Shown: piece after piece, positions 1-6,767 of the stretch
Layout: the number at the start of each line of letters is the position of its first letter
How positions within the stretch are numbered: the first letter of the stretch is position 1
Source: Pirellulales bacterium
GTDB taxonomy: Bacteria; Planctomycetota; Planctomycetia; Pirellulales; UBA1268
Assembly: GCA_041746715.1 (NCBI GenBank)
Contig: JBGTGN010000156.1
Location: 14,900 to 78,899 of the forward strand
DNA: 64,000 nucleotides
Direction of reading: 5' to 3'
Notes under the pieces: generated by a model
The model's input: only the letters and a program-made list of their open reading frames with translations
What the model was told of the DNA's origin: nothing
The model's database searches: none
Program-made: the position numbers and the translations under genes

Positions 1-663
1 CAGATCCTCGTAACGAACGTAGCCCTGGCGTTGCAGTTCCCGGTAGGCGGCCTGACTTTCTTTGACGTCTCGAAAGAGGCCGATCTCCCACAACTCCTTG
101 CCCACAAACTCATCGTGCGAGTAGCCCAACAGCGCCGTCATGAATGGGTTGGCGTCGACAATCCTTCCGGAGTCCGAGTCGAGGATCAGGATGCCGTCCT
201 TGGCCATCTCAAAGAGCCGCCGATACCGGAGCTCGGAGTTGCTGAGTGAGTCTGCCGTACGCCTCCAGTCGGTCACGTCCTCAATGGCAAGCAGAACCAA
301 GTCGGGGTCTTCGTTCTCTGGTGGGAACCTCCGGGCATTCAACAGCATGTTCCGTTGCCCGAGCGTGGGAAAGACGTGATCCACTTCAAAATCCTCGATG
401 GGACTGCTGGTGCCCATGACCTCAGGCAGCAGCGTTCGCAGTTGCGGAATATCCCACTGGCCGTTGCCCAACTCGTAGACGAAGCGGCCCTCTGTTTCCT
501 CCCTCGAAACATGGAACGTCCGATAGAAGGCGGAGTTGGCCGTGTGAACCCGCAGGCTCCTGTCAAGAACCACAAAGGGCTCTCGCAGCGTCGCAATGAT
601 GTTCTCAGCATAGGCGAGAGCATCATGCATGGCATGCATCGGGTTGTCGTCACTGGCTTCCAT
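1..663 (-). CDS. PAS-domain sensor protein, N-terminal 221 codons (gene runs off the window start)
   Basis: Minus-strand frame is open from the ATG at 663-661 to position 1. It is absent from the ORF track because there is no stop in the window. Translation MEASDDNPMHAMHDALAYAENIIATLREPFVVLDRSLRVHTANSAFYRTFHVSREETEGRFVYELGNGQWDIPQLRTLL...NMLLNARRF...SELRYRRLFEMAKDGILILDSDSGRIVDANPFMTALLGYSHDEFVGKELWEIG reads as two consecutive PAS folds. Confidence 0.8.
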   Translation of the reverse strand, partial: MEASDDNPMHAMHDALAYAENIIATLREPFVVLDRSLRVHTANSAFYRTFHVSREETEGRFVYELGNGQWDIPQLRTLLPEVMGTSSPIEDFEVDHVFPTLGQRNMLLNARRFPPENEDPDLVLLAIEDVTDWRRTADSLSNSELRYRRLFEMAKDGILILDSDSGRIVDANPFMTALLGYSHDEFVGKELWEIGLFRDVKESQAAYRELQRQGYVRYEDL

Positions 664-923
664 CGCGCCCTCCATCCACCTGTTGTTCGTTACGGCTCAG
701 GATAGGGTGGCCGACAGCGGATTGCCAACGTGCATACCGGCGGATGCTCGGATTCAGACACCCATGAGGAGACGTGGACAGGATTCACATCGATCCGAGG
801 TGAAAGATTGTGGCTCATTCTGCCTCCCCATGAAAATAACAAGTGTCCATCGACGAGACTGCGTCCGAACCTGCCCGGCGTGGCCTCATTTCAATTAATA
901 TTCAGCATCATGGGCTCGCCTGC

Positions 924-951
924 TTGCCTTCTCACTCAATGCTTCTACACT
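924..951 (+). promoter_or_regulatory. Candidate sigma70-type promoter TTGCCT-N16-TACACT (unit 1)
   Basis: TTGCCT at 924-929 and TACACT at 946-951. The same architecture recurs at 2457-2485 and 4946-4974. No plus-strand CDS lies upstream. Confidence 0.35.
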
Positions 952-957
952 CGAGCA

Positions 958-1113
958 CAGGTCAGCGCGAGAGTCTTATTTCGGGCTGGCCAGCGCAATT
1001 TCGGACGACGACGTGAAGGGCAGTTCGGCTTCGGCCGAGAGGCCCGTCATGCGAGTAAGCCGACGTGGTGGACGACCTTCGGGTGTTCCGCAACGTCGGC
1101 TTTTTTTGTTTTT
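958..1113 (+). ncRNA. Candidate small RNA or attenuator leader, unit 1 (~155 nt)
   Basis: Bounded by the promoter-like element and a strong intrinsic terminator. No credible ORF inside. The 5' end is inferred, not measured. Confidence 0.4.
1057..1113 (+). terminator. Rho-independent terminator (long hairpin plus U-run)
   Basis: AAGCCGACGT (1057-1066) pairs perfectly with ACGTCGGCTT (1093-1102). The inner arm is GGACGACC-TTCG-GGTGTTCC. The hairpin is followed by TTTTTTTGTTTTT. Confidence 0.65.
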
Positions 1114-1178
1114 ATACACACACGACTCAGCCGGGCTCGTCAAAGCCGGCGTGATGCTCCACATGAAAGGGAACGATC

Positions 1179-1271
1179 ATGGACACTACGACACTTATCC
1201 TTGTGATTGTTGTGTTGTTTCTCATATTTGGGGGAGGCGGGGGCTACTACTGGAGCCGTTCTCGACTGTAA
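1179..1271 (+). CDS. 30-aa hydrophobic mini-protein (DUF3309-like flavour)
   Basis: ATG at 1179 follows GAAAGGGA (RBS-like); TAA at 1269-1271. MDTTTLILVIVVLFLIFGGGGGYYWSRSRL is one TM helix plus a Gly/aromatic/basic tail. It is below the ORF-track size cut-off. An imperfect hairpin lies at 1338-1363 downstream. Confidence 0.5.
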   Translation: MDTTTLILVIVVLFLIFGGGGGYYWSRSRL

Positions 1272-1479
1272 ACAGCGGGGCTCAGCCCACTTGAACGACA
1301 TCGACTTTTGATTATGTGAATGGCTTGCCTCCACTTCGGAAACAGGACTGTGTCCTGGTTTCCAGGGGTATGTCCTCGGGCCGAATGACTCAGCGGTTCG
1401 TGCAGCAGAATGAAGGCGGGCACATTCTGTGTTCGTTGTTGATTTCTGGGTCAGTTCCGAAAGAACAGAGGGTAGATAA

Positions 1480-2046
1480 ATGGTATTTCATATGATTCCT
1501 GTGGCGATCGTGGCGATGGCAATGCTCCTTGGCACGACCGCGATGGCGGGAAGCGATTCTCCTCCCAACACCCATGACGGCACCGTGGTCAGCGTGACCG
1601 GCAACGGACTGGTCATGACAAGCGAGCAGGGTGAGAAGCATTCCCATACGCTTGCGACGGACGCCAAGGTGACGTTGGACGGAAGGGTCTGCGAGGCATC
1701 CGATCTGAAGTCGGGGACCAAGATTCGTGTGACGACTCAGGCCGCTGGCAACGACCTGGTGTGCCGCATCGAGGCGATTGATAGCGACCGAGACTTTGCG
1801 AGCAATCGTCAGGACGGCAAGCTTGTTCGTCTCACCGGCAACAAGCTGGTCATGACGTGCGAGGACGGTAAGGAACATACCCGTACGGTGGCTGCTGGCG
1901 CCAGGGTGACCCTCGACGGTGAGGCCTCCCAGGCTTCCGACCTCAAGTCGGGAACTCGGATTCGCGTGAACCCCGAGGGTGACGACAACACCCCGGTGAA
2001 CCGAATCGAAGCGCTCGACAAGAATCGGAACTTCGCAAGCCTGTAA
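1480..2046 (+). CDS. Secreted protein made of two tandem ~75-aa repeats (hypothetical)
   Basis: Signal peptide MIPVAIVAMAMLLGTTAMAGS. Repeat 1 is HDGTVVSVTGNGLVMTSEQGEKHSHTLATDAKVTLDGRVCEASDLKSGTKIRV...RIEAIDSDRDFAS. Repeat 2 is QDGKLVRLTGNKLVMTCEDGKEHTRTVAAGARVTLDGEASQASDLKSGTRIRV...RIEALDKNRNFAS. Confidence 0.75.
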   Translation: MVFHMIPVAIVAMAMLLGTTAMAGSDSPPNTHDGTVVSVTGNGLVMTSEQGEKHSHTLATDAKVTLDGRVCEASDLKSGTKIRVTTQAAGNDLVCRIEAIDSDRDFASNRQDGKLVRLTGNKLVMTCEDGKEHTRTVAAGARVTLDGEASQASDLKSGTRIRVNPEGDDNTPVNRIEALDKNRNFASL

Positions 2047-2083
2047 TAGCTGCGCGTAGCCCGTACTTGATACAGCGCACACG

Positions 2084-2112
2084 CCGGGGGCTGGCATGAG
2101 GCCAGCCCCCGG
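2084..2112 (+). terminator. Stem-loop downstream of 1480-2046
   Basis: CCGGGGGCTGGC (2084-2095), loop ATGAG, then GCCAGCCCCCGG (2101-2112): a perfect 12-bp stem. The trailing U-run is weak. Confidence 0.5.
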
Positions 2113-2180
2113 TGGCTGTATTGGAGACGTCCTCCATTTCCCGTCTTCACGAGTGTGCAGAGTCCTGTTGGAGATCCCCC

Positions 2181-2555
2181 ATGACCCCGTTCCGCCGTAT
2201 CAATGCCACCGTGTTGGCTCTCGCCCTTCTTGCCGGTCTCGGAGCGACCGTCCTGTCGGAGACAGTTGGCACAGACACGAAGCCGGCCCTAACAGCGTCT
2301 ACCTTTCTGATTGATGACGCGATCGCGGATGCTCAGACGCCGAGAAAGGTCAAAGCGATTCGCCCCGAGCAGAGGAAGACGCGGAAGAGCGGACATACGT
2401 CGTTGAGATGCACGTCATGCCTTTGCCATTACACTATTTCTTTTTCGGATTGTGAATTGACTTTGAAACACGGCATGCGAATAGTGAATCGATCCGCCAC
2501 GACGTCGAGGCAAACTCGATGCGTGCGGCTCCGCAACACCACGGACGATGAATAG
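2181..2555 (+). CDS. Possible small secreted protein (hypothetical; doubtful 3' half)
   Basis: ATG at 2181 follows GGAGAT. The N-terminus MTPFRRINATVLALALLAGLGATVLS looks like a signal peptide. The C-terminal third runs through AT-richer DNA that also carries the unit-2 promoter and does not look protein-like. Confidence 0.3.
   Translation: MTPFRRINATVLALALLAGLGATVLSETVGTDTKPALTASTFLIDDAIADAQTPRKVKAIRPEQRKTRKSGHTSLRCTSCLCHYTISFSDCELTLKHGMRIVNRSATTSRQTRCVRLRNTTDDE
2457..2485 (+). promoter_or_regulatory. Candidate sigma70-type promoter TTGACT-N17-AATAGT (unit 2)
   Basis: TTGACT at 2457-2462 and AATAGT at 2480-2485, in a locally AT-richer stretch. Confidence 0.35.
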
Positions 2556-2650
2556 ACCGCCACACTGCGAAAGCGTTTGGCGCGCTAGGATTAGGCCGGC
2601 GTAGTGAGCTCCTCATACGGAACTTACAGCGTCGGCTTTTCTTGTTTTCT
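2492..2650 (+). ncRNA. Candidate small RNA or attenuator leader, unit 2 (~160 nt)
   Basis: Promoter-like element upstream and terminator at the 3' end. Shares GCGGCTCCGCAAC with unit 3. The 5' end is inferred. Confidence 0.4.
2593..2650 (+). terminator. Rho-independent terminator, variant of the 1057-1113 hairpin
   Basis: AGGCCGGCGT pairs with GCGTCGGCTT using three G-U wobbles at positions that are Watson-Crick pairs in unit 1. Followed by TTTTCTTGTTTTCT. Confidence 0.5.
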
Positions 2651-2721
2651 GGTCGAGCGAATTGCAGTGAATGCTCCGGACGGCATGAAACCGTCACACC
2701 CTTGAACGCTCATTGGAGACG

Positions 2722-3231
2722 ATGATGAAGATGAACACGTTGGAAGAACTCTATATTGATCAGTTGAGAGACCTCTTTAATGCCGAGCTCCAGCTCCTCA
2801 CGGCACTCCCCAGAATGTCGAAGGCCGCAACGGATCCGGAGCTCCAGACGGTCTTCGACGATCATTTCGTGGAAACCAAGGTGCATCTCCAACGCCTGAC
2901 CACAATCTTTGGCGAGTTGAAGATCAGCCCCCAGGGAAAGATCTGTCGAGCGATGGCTGGGCTGCTGGCCGAAGGAGCTGAGACGATCTCAGACGATGCC
3001 GATCCCTCCGTCAAAGACGCGGCATTGATTGCCGCCGTGCAGCGGGTCGAACACTACGAGATGGCTGGCTACGGCTGCGTACGGACTTACGCCAGACTCC
3101 TCGGACACGACGAGGCGGCCGACCTCCTCCAGACGACCCTGGATGAAGAGGGGACCGTCGATCAACGACTGACGGACTTGGCCGAGAGCGTGATCAACTC
3201 TGAGGCGGTCAATCCCGTCTTGGACGCATGA
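2722..3231 (+). CDS. Ferritin-like YciE/YciF family (DUF892) stress protein
   Basis: MMKMNTLEELYIDQLRDLFNAELQLLTALPRMSKAA...VEHYEMAGYGCVRTYARLLG matches the DUF892 pattern. GGAGA lies 3 nt before the ATG at 2722; the ORF-track start at 2713 is a TTG. Confidence 0.85.
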   Translation: MMKMNTLEELYIDQLRDLFNAELQLLTALPRMSKAATDPELQTVFDDHFVETKVHLQRLTTIFGELKISPQGKICRAMAGLLAEGAETISDDADPSVKDAALIAAVQRVEHYEMAGYGCVRTYARLLGHDEAADLLQTTLDEEGTVDQRLTDLAESVINSEAVNPVLDA

Positions 3232-3351
3232 CAATCGTCGGCGGAACTTCACGGAGCACATCCCTGAAGTGTCGCTGACAATGAGCGGTCGACAGACAAA
3301 CTGCCGGCCGAGTGGACCGATTGAACTCACTTCACAGACGAGGAACGAAAC

Positions 3352-3795
3352 ATGGCAATTCTCACAAGCAAGCCGGATACCGCGACGAAGCCGGACCAGG
3401 AGGATTCAGAATTCTCCATCGCCGCAGGAAGGGGCCGAGATGCCGTGAACTCGGTTGGTTCTATGGCCAGTCACGCCGCGGCGGGTGTCGGACAATTGGC
3501 GAGCGATGCTGTTGCGGGCGTCGGCCACCACGCCGAAAACCTGACGTCGCGAGCCGGAAAAGGGCTCGAGGAGATTGGCGACAGCATCAACGAAAACGGG
3601 CCGCAGCGAGGAATGATGGGAGATGCCACTCGAGCGATCGGGAGCACCGTGCACAGTGGAGGCGAGTATCTCAAGAACGAGAAGCTCAGTGGCATGAGCG
3701 ACGACTTTGCAAAACTGGTGCAGAAGAATCCGTTGACGACGATCGCTGTGGCCCTTGGCCTCGGCTGGTTCCTGTCGAGTCGATTCAGGAGCTGA
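3352..3795 (+). CDS. DUF883 (ElaB/YqjD/YgaM-like) tail-anchored stress protein
   Basis: Ala/Gly-rich soluble part with a C-terminal anchor, KNPLTTIAVALGLGWFLSSRF. Confidence 0.7.
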   Translation: MAILTSKPDTATKPDQEDSEFSIAAGRGRDAVNSVGSMASHAAAGVGQLASDAVAGVGHHAENLTSRAGKGLEEIGDSINENGPQRGMMGDATRAIGSTVHSGGEYLKNEKLSGMSDDFAKLVQKNPLTTIAVALGLGWFLSSRFRS

Positions 3796-3798
3796 TCC

Positions 3799-4218
3799 AT
3801 GTCTGTCGATTCCACGACTCCGCCGCAGCAGCAGCCACAGCACAATGCTGCCGCGCTGCTCGGCGGAATCGTGGGTGACATCCAGTCCCTGGTGCAACAG
3901 CAGGTTCAACTGACTCGCAACGAAATCGTCACCGAGCTCCGCGAACGGTTGGTCCGCTGGGCTGTCATCACCTCCGGGATCGGAATCGCGATTCTTGGCG
4001 CCATCATGCTGTGCTTGACCGCCTCACACCTTCTGCACTGGGGACTGTCTCCGCCGGAAAGTGATCCCGCCAGCCTTCCGTTGTGGGCGTGTTACGGAGT
4101 TGTCTCCGCGACGTTGCTGGCGGTCGGTGGGGGAGTTGCTCGCATCGGTTCCGCAACATCAAGTGACGTTCGTTCAGGTTCGTTCTTGACCGACGTGATC
4201 AGGGGGAAATCACCGTGA
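3799..4218 (+). CDS. Holin-X / YqjE-like (phage holin superfamily III-type) membrane protein
   Basis: LLGGIVGDIQSLVQQQVQLTRNEIVTELRE followed by two TM segments. The gap to the upstream gene is 3 nt. Confidence 0.65.
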   Translation: MSVDSTTPPQQQPQHNAAALLGGIVGDIQSLVQQQVQLTRNEIVTELRERLVRWAVITSGIGIAILGAIMLCLTASHLLHWGLSPPESDPASLPLWACYGVVSATLLAVGGGVARIGSATSSDVRSGSFLTDVIRGKSP

Positions 4219-4799
4219 ATAACGCGAAAGACTCGTCCGATGCGATTCGACGCCGGATGGCGGATTTAAGCTCGGGACTTTCGGAGAAACTCCAATCTCT
4301 GGAAGAACAGGTCTCCGGAACGGTGCAATCGACAGGGACAGCGGTTTCCGAGACGGCTGCCGCGGTGAAGGAAACAGTCGATGCAATCACCGATGCCGTG
4401 AACGGCGCGGTCAAGTCGGTTGGCGACACCTTCGATTTCCACGAGCACATGAAGCATCATCCCTGGATGCTGGTCGGAGGAGCCGTTGCCTTCGGGTACC
4501 TGGCTCGCGAGCTCTCGAAAAGCACGGACACGGAAACCTCCGTCGGCGCCGATTCGACTCGCCGTTGCACGTCCGACATCAGCGACAAAGTCGTCGAACG
4601 TCGACAGAGGACCACCGACCACCCGCCGTCCTATCTCGGGGTGCTCGCAGCGCAAGTGATGCAAGCCGCAGCCACATCCCTTACAGAGAGTCTTCGACAC
4701 GCCGTCGCCCAGGCAGGCCCCCTGATCGCTGAGTACCTCGCGGGGCACCAGCCTCGCCCTTCTCCTGCGGCATCGAACGGCAAACCCGTTGACGGCTGA
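4215..4799 (+). CDS. DUF3618-like membrane protein (hypothetical)
   Basis: GTG start overlaps the upstream stop (GTGA at 4215-4218). Coiled N-terminal part DAIRRRMADLSSGLSEKLQSLEEQV, then TM segment HPWMLVGGAVAFGYLA. Confidence 0.55.
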   Translation: MNNAKDSSDAIRRRMADLSSGLSEKLQSLEEQVSGTVQSTGTAVSETAAAVKETVDAITDAVNGAVKSVGDTFDFHEHMKHHPWMLVGGAVAFGYLARELSKSTDTETSVGADSTRRCTSDISDKVVERRQRTTDHPPSYLGVLAAQVMQAAATSLTESLRHAVAQAGPLIAEYLAGHQPRPSPAASNGKPVDG

Positions 4800-4945
4800 G
4801 GAGCGGGTCACGGTCACTCAGTAACGTCTCCAGGAACTGATAGGTTCCTCACCCATCGGGACATGTCATTCGACACCGGAATTCACGAGACTCACTTGAC
4901 CGTGGCAACACAATAAAAATTCCGACTGCACTTTCCAGATTCTAT

Positions 4946-4974
4946 TTGCCTTTCCAGCCGCATCGCCGAATACT
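4946..4974 (+). promoter_or_regulatory. Candidate sigma70-type promoter TTGCCT-N17-AATACT (unit 3)
   Basis: TTGCCT at 4946-4951 and AATACT at 4969-4974. Confidence 0.35.
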
Positions 4975-4980
4975 GCCAGC

Positions 4981-5124
4981 ACGAGTGGATCGCGAACGAG
5001 AACGCGGCTCCGCAACGGATGACCAGAAAATGGGCAGGTCGCCAAGGCGACAGGCTCGTTCGAAAGTAAGCCGACTTGGTTCAGCACTTAACAGGTGCCG
5101 AACGAGGTCGGCTTTTTTTGTTTT
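4981..5124 (+). ncRNA. Candidate small RNA, unit 3 (~145 nt)
   Basis: Promoter-like element upstream and terminator at the 3' end. Shares GCGGCTCCGCAAC with unit 2 and GTAAGCCGAC...GTCGGCTTTTTTTGTTTT with unit 1. Confidence 0.4.
5068..5124 (+). terminator. Rho-independent terminator
   Basis: AAGCCGAC (5068-5075) pairs with GTCGGCTT (5107-5114). The inner stem is GCAC/GTGC. Followed by TTTTTTTGTTTTC. Confidence 0.6.
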
Positions 5125-5422
5125 CTCACTTATGCATTACCAGTGAATAGGCGAAGTCGTGGAAGGGCTGCTTCGATTTACTGGGCTGTTCTCCAACAAA
5201 CCGGCGGGCCATTTCAGGGAACTGAAGGCAGTGACTGAGGTCACTTCAGCAGCCGTTGCGTGAGTGCGATCGCCCCAGCACGCCTGGCGGGCGCGGCCCG
5301 TGTGCCGCGTCTGCACAAACGGGCTTGTCAATCAGAATCCGGTCACGTTGGCCGGAGGAATGAATGTTCGATGACTTGGATGGTGCGCCCCACTGTGGGC
5401 TCTTTTTCAAAGGAATAGTGTC

Positions 5423-6631
5423 ATGAATGCAGCTATGAAAACCCACCGGGACGAGATGAAAGTGACCTATGCGGTCGACTTCTCCCGTGATCGCGCGCCG
5501 AGTGCGCCGAGGAACCGATTCCGCGAGATTCCCGCCGTGGTCGGCACACCGACTCAAGACCGCAGCACACCCTGCCGGCCGAGCAAGCGGTGGACGTGGA
5601 CGAGCGGTCGCAGTGCCCGAACGACGAGTCTCCGGGCGTTTGCCGGAGCCTTGGCCATGGTTTTGGTCTCCGTGGCTTCAAGCGTCTCTGCGGTCACGAT
5701 CGACATGAAGGTGATCGGCAACCCAGGGAACGCGGGCAATCCAGGGTCCAGTCCGGCGGGGCTTGGGTCTGTGGCCTACGTGTACCAGATGGCCACCACG
5801 GAGACGACGAATACAGACTACGTCACATTTCTCAATACCGTGGACCCAACCGGCACCTCGACCAGCGGCATCTACAACACGGACATGACGCAGGAACCCT
5901 TCGGCGGCATCGAAAACGACCAGAATCGACCGAACGGTTTGAAGTACGCCGTCAAGCTTGGAACGGCGCCCAACGGGGCAACGTATACCAGCATGCCGGT
6001 GAACTTCATCAACTGGTTCTCCGCGGCGAGGTTCGTCAACTGGCTCGAGAATGGTCAGACGTCAGACCCTCTCGATCTCGAGGTCGGCACCTATACGCTC
6101 CTGAACGTGCAGAACGGGCCGCTCGTGGCGCGCAATCCTGGATCGACCTTCTTCCTCCCCAGCGCTGATGAGTGGTACAAGGCTGCCTTTTTTGACGGGA
6201 CGACCTACACCACCTACCAGACCAACAGCAACACCGCGCCGACTGCCACAGTCGTGACGTCGACGCCCAACGCTGCCAACTTCGGCGGTGTGAGTGCCGG
6301 GCCGCTCGACGTGGGCTCGTACGTCAACGACTCCACCTCCGCGTACGGCTTAGTCGACATGCTCGGAAACGTGAACGAAATCACCGACACGGCCACCGTT
6401 GACCAGTACCGTGCCATGGGTGGTGGCTTCGCGGGGATCCTCTCCTTCTGGGATGCCAACGCAACTCCCACCTTCCAAGATGGAAGCTGGGTCAACCCCA
6501 ACTACGGCTTTCGCATTGCCGCGGTACCGGAGCCGGCCACGGTCGCCCTGGCCGGGGCGGGATTCGCCGGCCTCGCCGGCCTCACGTGGATGCGTCGCCG
6601 AAACCAAAAGGCTGGTTCGGTCCTCGCCTGA
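5423..6631 (+). CDS. FGE-sulfatase (SUMF1/EgtB-like) domain protein with C-terminal PEP-CTERM anchor
   Basis: YGLVDMLGNVNEIT and NPNYGFRIAAV are typical FGE-domain motifs. The C-terminus VPEPATVALAGAGFAGLAGLTWMRRRNQ is PEP-CTERM (PEP + TM + basic). The start is uncertain because the hydrophobic signal/anchor lies ~70 aa in. Confidence 0.75.
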   Translation: MNAAMKTHRDEMKVTYAVDFSRDRAPSAPRNRFREIPAVVGTPTQDRSTPCRPSKRWTWTSGRSARTTSLRAFAGALAMVLVSVASSVSAVTIDMKVIGNPGNAGNPGSSPAGLGSVAYVYQMATTETTNTDYVTFLNTVDPTGTSTSGIYNTDMTQEPFGGIENDQNRPNGLKYAVKLGTAPNGATYTSMPVNFINWFSAARFVNWLENGQTSDPLDLEVGTYTLLNVQNGPLVARNPGSTFFLPSADEWYKAAFFDGTTYTTYQTNSNTAPTATVVTSTPNAANFGGVSAGPLDVGSYVNDSTSAYGLVDMLGNVNEITDTATVDQYRAMGGGFAGILSFWDANATPTFQDGSWVNPNYGFRIAAVPEPATVALAGAGFAGLAGLTWMRRRNQKAGSVLA

Positions 6632-6671
6632 CCGGCTGGCGGACACTCACCAGCGAGAGCACATTTGCTTG

Positions 6672-6701
6672 CCCTGCCCCTTGCGATCGCAAGGGGCAGG
6701 G
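6672..6701. terminator. Perfect palindrome between convergent genes (bidirectional terminator candidate)
   Basis: CCCTGCCCCTTGCGATCGCAAGGGGCAGGG is fully self-complementary. It lies between the stop of 5423-6631 (+) and the stop of hemA (-). Confidence 0.6.
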
Positions 6702-6767
6702 GCTTTCGCTACCGATGCGGGCCACGGCGGGTGGACATTGGGCTCGCCTGCCTCTGGGCCTTCTGCC

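Noticed and set aside
1179-1271. Interpretation of the micro-ORF plus RNA unit 1 as a type I toxin-antitoxin pair
   Set aside because: The candidate RNA is co-directional and upstream rather than antisense or overlapping, so the classic type I architecture is not met. It is kept only as a remote alternative.
2092-2107. TGGCATGAGGCCAGCC resembling a -24/-12 element
   Set aside because: It is simply one arm and the loop of the 2084-2112 terminator palindrome, and the -12 region is not TTGC.
5165-5269. 34-codon GTG ORF and a bulged hairpin (CTGAA...GTGAC-TGAG-GTCAC-TTCAG) downstream of RNA unit 3
   Set aside because: The ORF has no RBS and an unremarkable sequence. The hairpin lacks a U-run and has no counterpart after units 1 and 2.
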